Virus record (IMG/VR): IMGVR_UViG_3300033406_000010
Location: 1-46,939 of that record
Source of the DNA: a virus
Lineage: Duplodnaviria > Caudoviricetes
Reading direction: 5' to 3' (one strand)
Length of the DNA stretch: 46,939 nucleotides
Under the pieces are notes generated by a model. It saw only the letters and a list, made by a program, of their open reading frames with translations. It did not search any database and had not been told where the DNA came from. Positions 34,485-45,264 of the stretch are shown one piece after another. The translations under genes and the position numbers were made by a program. The stretch's first letter is position 1. Each line of letters begins with the position of its first letter.

Positions 34485-37400
34485 ATGGCAGACACCCCCC
34501 GGCTCCTGGTTGAAATCTCCGGCGAAGCTGGGGGGTTCTTCAGTGTCCTGGCCAAGGTCCAGGAACGGCTGGAGATGATGCAGAAGCTGGGGGGCACCAG
34601 CGCCGATGTCGCCAAGAAGAGCATGAACGCCTTGGAAGTCGGGGCCCAGGCCGCTGCCCGCGCCCTGGAAGATGCCACCAAGGAGCTCACCGAACTCCAG
34701 CGCAAAGAGAAGGCCAGCGCGGGCATGGGGGGCTACGGCACCCAGATCCAGGCCGCTGAAGCCAAGATCAAGGCCGCCCAGCAGGCCCTGGACGGCTTCA
34801 ATGCCAAGATCGCCCAGGCCCAAAGCCGCATTCAGAACGCCGCCACCAGCAACCAGCACTTCGGCAGCACCCTGAAGACCGCCACCGACCAGGGCGCCCA
34901 GGGCATGAAGAAGGTCGGCGATCACGCCGAAAGCACGACCAATAGCATCATCAAGGCCGGGGTGGCGCTCCAGGTCGTACGATCCGTGTTCAATGGCCTG
35001 CGAGAAGTGGCGGAAGGCGCCCTTCAGCAGAACCTGGCCCTGGAGCGCAGCGCCCGCACCCTGGAGATGGCCACCGGCAACGGCGCCGCAGGCATGGCCT
35101 TCGCCCGGAAGACCGCTCACGAGCTGGGCCTTGATCTGGTGACCACGGCGGAGGGCTACGCCAAGATGGCCGCCTCAGCCAAGGGCACCGCCCTGGAAGG
35201 GCGACAGACGGAACTGGTCTTCACCGCAGTCTCCCGGGCCGCCGCCGCCATGGGGCTGAACGCCGAGAAGACGGACGGCGTGCTCCTGGCCCTTTCTCAG
35301 ATGATCTCCAAGGGCAAGGTGAGCGCCGAGGAAATGCGCCGCCAGTTGGGCGAGCATCTTCCCGGTGCGTTCTCCATCGCCGCGCGCGCCATGGGTGTCA
35401 CCACGGGCGAACTCGACAAAATGATGTCCACCGGCAAGCTGGCCACCGTGGACTTCCTGCCCAAGTTTGCCGTCGAACTCAACAAGACCCTGGGGGATGC
35501 CCCCGAGAAAGCCGCCGACAGCCTTCAGGCCAACATCAACCGCATCAAGACCGCCCTTCAAACACTCTCCTTTGAAGCAGGCCAGGGCGGGGCCTCCAGT
35601 GCCCTCAGCGCCTCCCTAAAAGAACTGGGCGACACCCTGAACAGCCGAGAAGGCATTGCCTCCGCCCAGGAGTTGGGCGCCACCCTGGGCAATACCCTGG
35701 CTGTGATGAAGGATGTGGCCGTGGTGGCCTGGAAGCTGCGAGACCCGATCCTGGCCCTCGCAGCGGCGTACGGGGCCATGCTGGCGCTCCAGATCGGCAA
35801 ATCGGTGGTGTCCTGGGGCGTGTCCAAGGCGGCACTGGTCACCCAGACCCTGGCAGCGAGAGATGCCACGGTCCAGGAAGCCATCGCCCTGGCGGGCCAC
35901 AACTACCAGGCCAACCAGAACACCCTGGCCCAGATCGCCAACGCCCAGGCGACCGTGGCCCGCAACAGCGCCGTGCTGGCTGGGGCCGTGGCTGATGGCG
36001 TGATCACCGAGGCCGATGCCGTAGCCACTCGCCAGGCCCTGGCCCATGCGGCGGCACGGCTGGAGGAAGCTGCCGCCCTTGCCACGGCGGGCGCGGCTGG
36101 CCGGGCCTATGCAGGTTTCGCGGCGGTTCTGGGTGGACCCATGGGCATCGCCCTCGCTGCTGTCGCAGCCCTGACGGCTGGCTGGGTGCTCCTGGGAGGC
36201 CAAATCAAGAGCGCCGAGGAGAAGCACCGGGAAGCCCTGCGGGAAATTCAGAGCACGGGTGAGAGCAGCCGGGCCGTGAAGAGCCTTGGCGAAGAATATG
36301 GCGAACTCGCCAAGGCCATGGAGAGCGGCAAGCTCAAGGGCAAGGAATTGGAGTCCGCCCAGAACCGCATCAAGGCGATTCAGAACCAGCTCATCCTCCA
36401 GGCCCCCGAGCTCAAGAAGGTGCTGGAGAACGAAAAGGCTTCCTGGGATGACATCAAGAAGGCCATCGACGGCGCCACCTCTGCCATGGATGGCAACCTG
36501 CAGGTAAAGCGCGAGATGGCCGAGATCCAGGCCAACGATGCCGAAGCCCAGGTGGCCAGTCTGGCCCGCCAGATGGCCGACAGCAAGCGCCTACGGGAGT
36601 CGGGTCAGTTGTCCGGCTTTGGCATGAGCGCCGCGCTGACTGCCGAGCGGGACATGAAGACGCTCCTGGACAAGGCCCAGGAACAGGCCAAACAAGCCCG
36701 GCAGGCCATGGCGAGCATCGACGCCATTCTCAGCCCCGCCGCTCCCGGTGGTGGGAAGAGCAGCACCACGCCCAAGGCGGGCAAGGACACGACCTATCAG
36801 GAACTCCAGAACCGCTTGGAGAAGGAGCGGATCGATCTCCTGAAGGGCCAAACCCTGGAGATGGAGAAGCAGGCAGCCATCGAGAAAGCCAATCTGAAGC
36901 TCAAAGAAGACGAGCAGGCCATCGACAAAGCCCTGAAAGCGGGCGATATCGACCGAACCAAGGCCGGTGCTTTGCGGGAACTGGCCCAGAAGAACCACAC
37001 CGCCGCCCTTCTCAAGATTGACCAGGAATACAAGGAGAAGCGGGAGAAGCTCCAGGAAGATCTCCAAACCTCGCTGACCGGCCAGGAAGAGGGCGGCATG
37101 GCCAAGCGGCTCAAGGTCATCGAAGCCAACTTCCAGAAGATCCTGGAGCTCAACAACAAGCTGAAGGAAGACGGCAAGGCCACCTACACCGCCGAAGAGA
37201 TTGCCTTCGCCAAGTCCCAGGCCATCTGGCGAGCATGGCTGGAGCAGGTCAAGCAGGATCTGACGGCCTTGAAGCAGGAACTCACCAACCTGGCCCAGGA
37301 GAAGGGCAGGGCCCTGACTCCCGAGGAAAAGGAATCCGTGTTGGGGCGTTACGAATCCGCCGGGGGCTCCAAGGCCAGCGCTGCCGGGCAGTATCGAACC

Positions 37401-38264
37401 CAAGACCACCAGGGCGGCACCGGCTTCCAGGGTGCCCAGACGGCCCTGGACAACTACCTGAACCAGTCCAAGAACGATTTCAAGAACTGGGAAGGCTACG
37501 TCACCTCAATGCTGAACGGCACTGAGGGCGCCTTCGCCAGCTTCTTTCAGAGCCTATTCCAGCACGGCAGTACCTTCAGCCAGAAGATGAAGGCCCTTTG
37601 GAAGGGCCTCTCCAGCACGATCATCAGCGAGTTGAGCAAGTGGGCCGCCAAGGAACTGATGCTCTGGGGCATCCAGAAGGCCATCCACCTTTGGAAGATC
37701 ATCTCCGGACAAACGGAGATGGCTCAGAGTCAGCAGAAGGTCGTCACCAACACCGCCGAGACCACCAGCAATCTCGGTGTCACCGGCTCCAACATCGGCA
37801 AGGCCAGTTCGGGTTTCTTCAGCGCCTACGCCTCCATCCCCTGGGTGGGCTTTGCCTTGGCCGCCGCCTGCATCATCGGCATGTTGGCCATGCTCGGGCC
37901 CCTCACGGGCCGCAAGGTGGGCGGCCTGGTGGGCCAGAATGGGCCCGAGGCCACCATGCTGGGTGAAGAGGGCCTGGAGGTTGTGGCCCCCGATCGGGAT
38001 TTCAAGGATTACGTGGCGGGAGTCTCCGGCATGGGCGCCCGCATGGCCATGAACATCGCCCACCAGGAGCTACGCACCCAGGACTACCAGCGCCAGGCGG
38101 CGGGATACGCCAGCTATGCGCGGGAGAACGCGGGCACGGGCGCGGGCCCTGGGTATGTCGACCTGCGGGGAGCGGTGATTGCCGGTGAGTCTGCCGAATC
38201 GGGCCGGATCATCAGCAAACTGATTCACAAGCACAGCACCACCTACGACAAGAGGAACGGCTGA
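34485..38264 (+). CDS. Tape measure protein
   Basis: 1259 aa, Ala-rich; LALSQMISKGKVSAEEMRRQLGE tape measure domain. Confidence 0.95.
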   Translation: MADTPRLLVEISGEAGGFFSVLAKVQERLEMMQKLGGTSADVAKKSMNALEVGAQAAARALEDATKELTELQRKEKASAGMGGYGTQIQAAEAKIKAAQQALDGFNAKIAQAQSRIQNAATSNQHFGSTLKTATDQGAQGMKKVGDHAESTTNSIIKAGVALQVVRSVFNGLREVAEGALQQNLALERSARTLEMATGNGAAGMAFARKTAHELGLDLVTTAEGYAKMAASAKGTALEGRQTELVFTAVSRAAAAMGLNAEKTDGVLLALSQMISKGKVSAEEMRRQLGEHLPGAFSIAARAMGVTTGELDKMMSTGKLATVDFLPKFAVELNKTLGDAPEKAADSLQANINRIKTALQTLSFEAGQGGASSALSASLKELGDTLNSREGIASAQELGATLGNTLAVMKDVAVVAWKLRDPILALAAAYGAMLALQIGKSVVSWGVSKAALVTQTLAARDATVQEAIALAGHNYQANQNTLAQIANAQATVARNSAVLAGAVADGVITEADAVATRQALAHAAARLEEAAALATAGAAGRAYAGFAAVLGGPMGIALAAVAALTAGWVLLGGQIKSAEEKHREALREIQSTGESSRAVKSLGEEYGELAKAMESGKLKGKELESAQNRIKAIQNQLILQAPELKKVLENEKASWDDIKKAIDGATSAMDGNLQVKREMAEIQANDAEAQVASLARQMADSKRLRESGQLSGFGMSAALTAERDMKTLLDKAQEQAKQARQAMASIDAILSPAAPGGGKSSTTPKAGKDTTYQELQNRLEKERIDLLKGQTLEMEKQAAIEKANLKLKEDEQAIDKALKAGDIDRTKAGALRELAQKNHTAALLKIDQEYKEKREKLQEDLQTSLTGQEEGGMAKRLKVIEANFQKILELNNKLKEDGKATYTAEEIAFAKSQAIWRAWLEQVKQDLTALKQELTNLAQEKGRALTPEEKESVLGRYESAGGSKASAAGQYRTQDHQGGTGFQGAQTALDNYLNQSKNDFKNWEGYVTSMLNGTEGAFASFFQSLFQHGSTFSQKMKALWKGLSSTIISELSKWAAKELMLWGIQKAIHLWKIISGQTEMAQSQQKVVTNTAETTSNLGVTGSNIGKASSGFFSAYASIPWVGFALAAACIIGMLAMLGPLTGRKVGGLVGQNGPEATMLGEEGLEVVAPDRDFKDYVAGVSGMGARMAMNIAHQELRTQDYQRQAAGYASYARENAGTGAGPGYVDLRGAVIAGESAESGRIISKLIHKHSTTYDKRNG

Positions 38265-40927
38265 TGCGCCCCATCACCACCTCCCTCTACGTCAATGACG
38301 GAACCCCCGCCCTGGGGGCCTCTAAATCCCTGGAGAACATCCTCACCAATCTGGGGTCGGAATCCTGGGAGCTTGATGAAAATCTCACCAAGTCGCAGCC
38401 CGGCGACATCACCCTGACCTTGGCCGACGAGGACGGCGCGGTGTGGGCCTGGATCCAGGATGAAATCACCACACTCCAGGGTGGCGTCAGCCAGCTGTAC
38501 CCCCCGTGGGTGGTGGTGAGCGTGGCCGGGGAAGAGAAGTGGGTGGGCCTCCTGGATCTGACCAATGTCACCCGGAAATTAGCCAGCCGGGAAGTGGAGA
38601 TCGCCGCCCAGGACTGGTCCACGATGCTTTCCAACGTGGATTTGTCGGGGATCAAGAGGAGTTATCCGCAAACGGTGCATATGCGCGATGGGGAGGACAT
38701 CGGCATCGGGTATGTGCCCAAGAGAGCCGCAAATGGTTACGTGGCTGGGTTATGGAAATATAAGGTATTTGGTATTTCAAAAACGGCTGATATCAAGGTG
38801 GGCGACAGTGTGACCTCAGATGTTACAGGGGTTGTCCAGTTCAAAGTGGAAGAGGATGTATTAAATGAAAAATATGGGCGGATCCTCAGGCTGACCGGAT
38901 GGAATTGGGAGAGCCTTGCGTTAGGTATCGTTTCCGCTCACTTTTACCGCGTAGCCTCCGACCTAGATACCTCGCCCTACTACCTGGCCACCTCCGCCGT
39001 GACGTCCGGCGAGGCCACCAGCGTCAAACTCGACACCCTGGATGGCCTGGCCCCCGGGGATTCGGTCAGCACCACCAGCGGAACCGATATCCCGGTGGCG
39101 GATGTGGACTACGAGCAGGGCGAACTGATCAGCAACGCCACAATCCAGACGGACCTGGCCATCGGAGATCGCCTCTATTTCAGCAGCGAGACCCAGAAAC
39201 AACTGGTCTTCCAGGATGCGCTGCGCCTGGCGGCCATCGCGGCCTCTCCCTACGGCCTCGATACCTCCCGGTACACCCCCGCCACGCTCCAGCGTCCCCT
39301 GCTTGGCTGGCTCACCACCTGGAACCCCACGGGTGAGGATGTCTACCTGCCCACCGACGTGGAGCCCACCCTGACGGGAATCCGCATCATCGGCCAGGGT
39401 GGGGCGAAGGCCTGGACCGGCAACCCTGAGGACGGCTTCACCAAAGCCGACGCGGCAGGGCTCCGCTGGGTGGACTGGACCACCCAACTTACCGCAGCTC
39501 CCACCAGCCTCATGCCGGATGAGGGGCCCGCCTTGGTGCCCGCTGCCGGAAGCCGGAACCGCAATTACTTCACCTGGTCCTGGAATCGCACCCAGTACCT
39601 GGCGGCGGATTGGTCCTACCTCACGACCCCCGCCTACACATCTCGCTCCATCGTGTGGCCCCAGGCGGCCCTGGGCTACGACTACGGCCAGTTGCGGCGC
39701 ATCCGGATCACCAACCCCGATTCGGGGGAAAGCACCTACGCTGAGCAGCGCTGGTCCGGTTCCGCCTGGGGCACGGCTGTCACGGGGGCGTGGCCGGTGG
39801 CGGGCTGGCACCCATGCGCCCTTGCCCCCCTCCCCGGCGTGGCCGCCACCAGCGGCCCCAGCAGCCCTCAGGGCTGCGCCATGGTGGCGCTCTGTGCCAA
39901 TGGGAGCGCCTTCAGCCTCCAGATGATCTGGGCGGGCAGTCCCCAAGTGGTGTCTGTCTCCTCGCAGATCGCTACAGGCGCTTATCTGAAGCCCACCCCG
40001 TGGGGGCTCTACCTGGTGGGGCTCGGGGGCTATGGGCGAATCAGCTACACCAACGGCTCGCTGGCGCTGACTTGGTGCGCTGTGGGGGATGGCAAGACCA
40101 CTGTGCTGCTGATGAACACCTTCGCCGCCCTGGATGGCGACAGCGTTCACTGCTGTGCCCGATTTGATTACGCCGATCCCGACAACCAGGGCGAGGTCCT
40201 CACCGAGACCCGCCTGCTGAACCTGACCACCAACCCCCAGAACGGTGAAGACCCCGTGATCTACTCCGAGAAGGTCATGGCAGGCACGCCCCGGATCTCG
40301 GTCCTCTTCCGCGATCCCAGCAGCCCAGCTCGCCTGATCGGTATCCTGGGCGGTCGGCTCTGCCAGGTAGCGGCCCAGCTCCCCCGAACGGTGGAGCGGG
40401 TGCAGGTGGATAACCTGTCGGGTGCGGAACTCCTGGAACATTTGGGCCAGCTTCTGAACGCCCTGGTGATTCCTCTGTCCGATGGCACCGTTTCCCTTGT
40501 CTCCCGGCACCAGGCCAGCGCCCCGATTGCCTTGACGGTGGACCAGGTTGAGGTGACCCAAAGCCGCATCAGCCAGCACTTCTTTTCAGTTGTGCGGGTG
40601 TCGGCTGCGGACGGCGATCTCTACGCGGACGCCAGCGGCCTGGTGAAGGGCGGAAAGGCACTGGAAATCGATTCCCATCCCTGTGTGTGGACCGAGGGCG
40701 GCTGCTACGCCATGGCCAGCAGCTACGCCGATTTCCTGGGACGCCCCCGGCGCTACGAGGAGCAGCGTTGGTGCCACGAGGACCCCGATACCGAGGCTCC
40801 TTGGGAGGCCCTGGCCCCCTGGGAGCGCATCACCATCAACGGCGGCAGCACCGTCTGGTTCTTTGCGGGCCTGGAGTATGACCGCGTGAAGGGCGAAGCC
40901 ACCGCCAAGCTGCTGGAGGCCCTATGA
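38264..40927 (+). CDS. Large tail tip/hub protein
   Basis: 887 aa after the tape measure gene, beta-rich; hub-like C-terminus. Confidence 0.6.
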   Translation: MRPITTSLYVNDGTPALGASKSLENILTNLGSESWELDENLTKSQPGDITLTLADEDGAVWAWIQDEITTLQGGVSQLYPPWVVVSVAGEEKWVGLLDLTNVTRKLASREVEIAAQDWSTMLSNVDLSGIKRSYPQTVHMRDGEDIGIGYVPKRAANGYVAGLWKYKVFGISKTADIKVGDSVTSDVTGVVQFKVEEDVLNEKYGRILRLTGWNWESLALGIVSAHFYRVASDLDTSPYYLATSAVTSGEATSVKLDTLDGLAPGDSVSTTSGTDIPVADVDYEQGELISNATIQTDLAIGDRLYFSSETQKQLVFQDALRLAAIAASPYGLDTSRYTPATLQRPLLGWLTTWNPTGEDVYLPTDVEPTLTGIRIIGQGGAKAWTGNPEDGFTKADAAGLRWVDWTTQLTAAPTSLMPDEGPALVPAAGSRNRNYFTWSWNRTQYLAADWSYLTTPAYTSRSIVWPQAALGYDYGQLRRIRITNPDSGESTYAEQRWSGSAWGTAVTGAWPVAGWHPCALAPLPGVAATSGPSSPQGCAMVALCANGSAFSLQMIWAGSPQVVSVSSQIATGAYLKPTPWGLYLVGLGGYGRISYTNGSLALTWCAVGDGKTTVLLMNTFAALDGDSVHCCARFDYADPDNQGEVLTETRLLNLTTNPQNGEDPVIYSEKVMAGTPRISVLFRDPSSPARLIGILGGRLCQVAAQLPRTVERVQVDNLSGAELLEHLGQLLNALVIPLSDGTVSLVSRHQASAPIALTVDQVEVTQSRISQHFFSVVRVSAADGDLYADASGLVKGGKALEIDSHPCVWTEGGCYAMASSYADFLGRPRRYEEQRWCHEDPDTEAPWEALAPWERITINGGSTVWFFAGLEYDRVKGEATAKLLEAL

Positions 40928-42219
40928 CCCTGCCTTTCCTGCCGGGGAAACCCTATCTCCAGGTGCTCGATACCGACGGCAGCACCGTCCTGAAGACCGT
41001 CTATCTCCCGGCCCCTGACAAGGGCTATGGCGAGCTGGAGTGGATCAAGAAGACCGCAGCCACCTGGGAGCTCATCGACGGGTCCCAGCGGGAGCGGGTG
41101 CTGGGCTATCTGCCCTCCCTCACCCTGAAGTGGAAGACCTATCCGGATGTGAAGGGGCGCGGCCTCAATCTCGGCAGTGCGAACGGCAACCTGGCGCGGC
41201 TGACGGATCTGGCGGTGCTCCTGGCCACCCCATCCGGACGCTTGCGCGTGTGCCCGGGGCCTGCGAGCCGGGTTCCAAGGGCCGTTTCCAACGTGCAGTG
41301 GATGACCGGAGATGGGGTGCTTTCGAGTGGGCAGCTTGTGGATGAGTGCGGGGACCCCTGCCGAAATCCCGTCATCACTGCCCTCACCCGCACGGACTGG
41401 CAGGGGACGCAGGTGTTGAGTCCTGCGGCCAGGACGAATCTCAGGCTCTACAGCCAGGATTTTACGATCTCCGCTTGGAGTAAGACCAACCTGACCGTGG
41501 CAGCAGATTCTGCGACCGCTCCGGACGGCACGACCACCGCTGACCTACTTGTTACCGCTGCGGTGACGGGGACGATGCGGGTTTATCGGGGGGTCGCATC
41601 CATGTTAGGGCAGCGTAGGTGCTCGTCGTGGCATGTAAAAAAGCAGGCCGGGTCCGTGGTTCGGTGGCTCCGAATTTCCGCCGATCAGTCCGGCACCACG
41701 GCGTGGTTTGACCTGGACAACGGGATCTTTGGTGAAATCGGGACATACGCAGGGTTCTCGGTCGGGGTGAAGGCGCTGGCGGACGGCTGGTATCGGATCC
41801 ACATCACATACAACGCCGTGGCTGAGGACTCAGGTGACAATCAGTTCCTCACGGTGGTCGCAGCTGACGGGACCAACACCAGCATCACCGGGGATGGCGT
41901 CACTGGATTTTTCGTGTGGGGCGCCCAGGTGGAGGACTCCGCAGTACCAACCTCCTACATTCCCACAGGCATATCAACCGTAACCGTCATCGACTACGCC
42001 GTTACCCCTTCTGGCTTCGTTTCTTTAGGGCAAACGCCTTCTGAGGGTGCTGTCCTCCGGTGGTCTGGCACCCAGACCCCCATTGACCGTGCCTTCATCT
42101 GCCTGGTGAAGAAATTCCCCAAGTTCAAATTGGCCGGCGCGGGTCTCGGGACAGACGTTCAGATCGAACTGCTGGGCCGCGACATCCTGGCCCAGCCGGT
42201 GCTGCCGGAGATTCCCTGA
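40924..42219 (+). CDS. Distal-tail-like protein with an inserted carbohydrate-binding-type domain
   Basis: ELIDGSQR...SLTLKW N-terminus; RTNL..YSQDF...APDG..TAD...VWGAQVE...PTSYIPT insert. Confidence 0.55.
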   Translation: MTLPFLPGKPYLQVLDTDGSTVLKTVYLPAPDKGYGELEWIKKTAATWELIDGSQRERVLGYLPSLTLKWKTYPDVKGRGLNLGSANGNLARLTDLAVLLATPSGRLRVCPGPASRVPRAVSNVQWMTGDGVLSSGQLVDECGDPCRNPVITALTRTDWQGTQVLSPAARTNLRLYSQDFTISAWSKTNLTVAADSATAPDGTTTADLLVTAAVTGTMRVYRGVASMLGQRRCSSWHVKKQAGSVVRWLRISADQSGTTAWFDLDNGIFGEIGTYAGFSVGVKALADGWYRIHITYNAVAEDSGDNQFLTVVAADGTNTSITGDGVTGFFVWGAQVEDSAVPTSYIPTGISTVTVIDYAVTPSGFVSLGQTPSEGAVLRWSGTQTPIDRAFICLVKKFPKFKLAGAGLGTDVQIELLGRDILAQPVLPEIP

Positions 42220-43568
42220 TGGCTACCCGTCTCCAATGGTCCCGCATCGGCCTCTCCATCAAGTGTGAGACCGAGAAGCGGGCCATGCCCAAAACCGCCC
42301 TGGCCTTCGCCCTGCCGCCCTTCGCCGAGGTCAACACCAGCGGCCCGGGCATCTCCGTTGCCCTGGTGACCGATCCCATCACCACCCTGGTCACCGCCCT
42401 TCACATCGAATCCCTGGAGCCCCTGGCGAAGGGATACACCTACACCCTGAATTACGCCACCGGCAGCGTTTGGACGCCCATCGTTTTGGGGCAGATCACC
42501 GAACTGGCCTATAACCTGCCGGTGACTGTGGCCGGGGTGACCTATCGCCTGAAACTCACCCGGGCCTGGCGGGATGTGGTGGAGGTCTTCCAGGAAGTGA
42601 CGGTCAGCATCCCTGCCGATGACCCCCCCGCCAACGTGACCGGCCTGACCAATGCGTACAACGGCAAACTGTCCTACCTGGCCTGGACGGCCTTGGCGGA
42701 TCCCCGGGGGATCAGCTACGAGATCCGCAAGGGCAGCTCCTGGGACAGCGCCCAGTTCTTGAGCACCGTTCCAGCCTCCACAACCACCTTTGCCACTCAG
42801 GGAGACGGCACCTACTGGGTGGCCAGCGTCTTCAGGGGCGTCTACTGCGCCAGCCCCACCAGCATCACGCTCGTGGGAACGGCCATCGTGGCCAATGTGG
42901 TGCAGACCTGGGATGAACGTGCGACGAGTTGGGCCGGAACCTTCAGCGGGGGCGCTGCGCTGGATGGCCTGGGAGGCATTTATCTCGCTGGTGGCTCCCT
43001 GGATGGCTACTACGAGGTGCCCGCGTCCCATGTGGTTGATCTCGGAACGTCGCAGTTCTGCCAGATATCGTCCTCTCTGGGGGTGGTGCTGGATCCGGGG
43101 GTGCCGTTCGACAGCGATGATCTCTTCGACAGCAACACCCTGTTTGACGGCAGCGCGGCAGGGCTGGCCGCCGTCATCGAGGAGATTGCCATCGCTCAGG
43201 CGGATGGCGTCTTTGGTGCCTGGCAGCCCTTCGTCCAGGGCAACTTCCTGGGCCGGAGGTTCAAGCTTCGCCTGCATCTCACCAGCCTTCAGACCACCGT
43301 CACGCCCCGGGTGCAGCCCTATGCCTGGACCGTGGACATGCCCGACCGCTGGGAGTCGAAGACGGTTTCGGTGCCCGCTGCGGGGCTGGCCATCACCTAC
43401 GCCACCCCTTTCCACAACATCCCCAAACCCCAGATCACGATCCTGAACATGCAGGCAGGGGATGTGATCGTTCTGAGCAGCATCAGCAGCAGCGGTTTCA
43501 CCCTGCAAGTCACCAACGGCGGCGTGGGGGTGGCTCGATCCGCTGTCTACCTTTCCCCAGGCTATTGA
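42219..43568 (+). CDS. Tail tip protein (FN3 and gpJ C-terminal-like)
   Basis: PPANVTGL...YEIRKGSSW; WQPF..G.F.GR.FKLRL...VDMPDR. Confidence 0.7.
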   Translation: MATRLQWSRIGLSIKCETEKRAMPKTALAFALPPFAEVNTSGPGISVALVTDPITTLVTALHIESLEPLAKGYTYTLNYATGSVWTPIVLGQITELAYNLPVTVAGVTYRLKLTRAWRDVVEVFQEVTVSIPADDPPANVTGLTNAYNGKLSYLAWTALADPRGISYEIRKGSSWDSAQFLSTVPASTTTFATQGDGTYWVASVFRGVYCASPTSITLVGTAIVANVVQTWDERATSWAGTFSGGAALDGLGGIYLAGGSLDGYYEVPASHVVDLGTSQFCQISSSLGVVLDPGVPFDSDDLFDSNTLFDGSAAGLAAVIEEIAIAQADGVFGAWQPFVQGNFLGRRFKLRLHLTSLQTTVTPRVQPYAWTVDMPDRWESKTVSVPAAGLAITYATPFHNIPKPQITILNMQAGDVIVLSSISSSGFTLQVTNGGVGVARSAVYLSPGY

Positions 43569-43577
43569 GGAGTTCCC

Positions 43578-44474
43578 ATGTCCCAGGCTTCCGTAACCAT
43601 TCCCACGGGCAAAACCCACAATGAGGTCAGGCTCGCCTTGAACGCGGCCCTGGCGGCCCTGGCCTCGTGTTCCTCGGGGAGTACGGCTCCCAATCCCCCA
43701 ACCGCCCTTTGGCTCGACACCAGCACCACGCCCTCCACCTGGCGGGAATGGGATGGGTCTGCCTATGTTCCTTTCTTGGCAGCAAGCCTGGTGAGGCAAC
43801 GAGGCACGGCATGCACCACGACAGGGACCGGCAGTGCGTACGTGGCGACACCTAGCCCTGCGTTAAGCGCCAATAGTGCATCGGCCAGGTTTGCTGTGAC
43901 CTTTCACGCGGCTGGATCAGGCACCCCAACCTTGTCGGTATCCGGTTTGACGCCACTTCCTGTAAAGGCATACAACCCTGCGGGAACCCTGGTGGCCTAC
44001 TTGCCGGGCTCTGGCCAGATTTGCGATGTGGTGTGCAACGGTTCGGCCTGGATTGTGATGAATCCCCTGCCGCAGCTTGCGACCACGGCCCAGGCGCAGG
44101 CGCTCACCGACACGACCCATCTCCTGACTCCGGCCCTCATGGCATCTGCGCTCAACATGAGCGGCAGCGCTCCTGCCTACGCCTGCAGGGCGTGGATGCG
44201 CTTCAACGGATCAACCAATACCGTCAGTGGTTCCGGGAATGTTTCCAGTGTGACCGACAACGGAACCGGTGATTTTTCCATGAACTTCTCGATAGCCATG
44301 CCCAGCGCCAATTATGCCGCCCTTCCCGCGACAAAGGACCCTGAAACAGATAGCGGTGGTCCCTGCACAAGCATCTACTCACAGACGGTATCGGCGGTGC
44401 GGGTGACGGTCGGCCAGGGCAACACCAATGCGTTGTACGACAGCGCAATCATCAACGTCGGCGTTTTTCACTAG
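43578..44474 (+). CDS. Tail fiber
   Basis: VRLALNAALAALAS.SSG..AP anchor; CRAWMRFNG...NVSSVTDNGTG C-terminus. Confidence 0.82.
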   Translation: MSQASVTIPTGKTHNEVRLALNAALAALASCSSGSTAPNPPTALWLDTSTTPSTWREWDGSAYVPFLAASLVRQRGTACTTTGTGSAYVATPSPALSANSASARFAVTFHAAGSGTPTLSVSGLTPLPVKAYNPAGTLVAYLPGSGQICDVVCNGSAWIVMNPLPQLATTAQAQALTDTTHLLTPALMASALNMSGSAPAYACRAWMRFNGSTNTVSGSGNVSSVTDNGTGDFSMNFSIAMPSANYAALPATKDPETDSGGPCTSIYSQTVSAVRVTVGQGNTNALYDSAIINVGVFH

Positions 44475-44482
44475 GATCTTTC

Positions 44483-44770
44483 ATGTCTAAGATTATTTAT
44501 ACCAACCCAGACGGAAACCTCTGTGTCATCCACCCCATACCTGGCTGCAACCTGACCCTGAGCCAGGTAGCCGCCAAGGATGTTCCTGCGGGCATACCGT
44601 ACAAAATTGTCGAGGATGATGCCGTCCCCACGGATCGGACGTTCCGGGGAGCGTGGGAGTCCGATATGAGCGACCCCCACGGGGTCGGCGCTGACTTTGG
44701 CGTGGGCTCCACCTATGCCGTCATCGGCTGGGATACGGATGGGACCCCCATTCTACGCAGGGAGGCGTGA
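44483..44770 (+). CDS. Tail-fiber-associated protein
   Basis: AAKDVPAG.PY.IV...P.DRTFR.AW. Confidence 0.7.
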   Translation: MSKIIYTNPDGNLCVIHPIPGCNLTLSQVAAKDVPAGIPYKIVEDDAVPTDRTFRGAWESDMSDPHGVGADFGVGSTYAVIGWDTDGTPILRREA

Positions 44771-45015
44771 TGAGCATCACGATCAACATCGACAAGGCGC
44801 GTGAAATCAGCCATAGCATTCGACGAGCGGCTCGGGCATCGGAGTTCGCCCCTCTCGATGCCATCATTGCCAACCAGATTCCTGGCCAGGACCCAGCGCA
44901 AGCTGAAGCGTCCCGGGCTGATATCCGCTCCCGCCATGAGGCCATTCAGATCCAAATCGATTCGGCGCAAACGGCGGATGATCTGAAAGCCCTGGTAGAT
45001 GGCCTGAAGGCTTAG
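44767..45015 (+). CDS. Tail-fiber-associated protein
   Basis: ITINIDKAREI...RRAAR..EFAPLD. Confidence 0.7.
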   Translation: MMSITINIDKAREISHSIRRAARASEFAPLDAIIANQIPGQDPAQAEASRADIRSRHEAIQIQIDSAQTADDLKALVDGLKA

Positions 45016-45209
45016 ATCACACCCTTCAGCCGGTGCATCTCGATCCAAAAGTCCAGGGCCGCCCGGATCTCTCCGTGGTGGGTGCGCCCATGCAGGGTGG
45101 CCAGGGCTTCCAGGGTGGCATCCGTCGCTTCCGGCACCATGACGGTGCGCTTCACGGTGGGGGCGGGCTCCTCACCGGCTCTGGGTCTTCCTCGATGTTC
45201 ACGGGCCAT
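45012..45209 (-). CDS. Small ribbon-helix-helix-like DNA-binding protein
   Basis: RGRPR followed by a strand-helix-helix pattern. Confidence 0.55.
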   Translation of the reverse strand: MAREHRGRPRAGEEPAPTVKRTVMVPEATDATLEALATLHGRTHHGEIRAALDFWIEMHRLKGVI

Positions 45210-45264
45210 AACCCAGTGTCACGAGGCGTTCCTAGGTTAAATATCCGGTAATTAAATAATTGTA

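Noticed and set aside
27113-43799. Long minus-strand ORFs (e.g. 30096-31517, 32458-33849, 38963-40579, 42159-43799)
   Set aside because: Antisense shadows of GC-rich structural genes, with no recognisable motifs
42219-45015. Tail-fiber shufflon or diversity-generating retroelement
   Set aside because: No reverse transcriptase, TR/VR pair, alternative fiber ends or flanking inverted repeats seen
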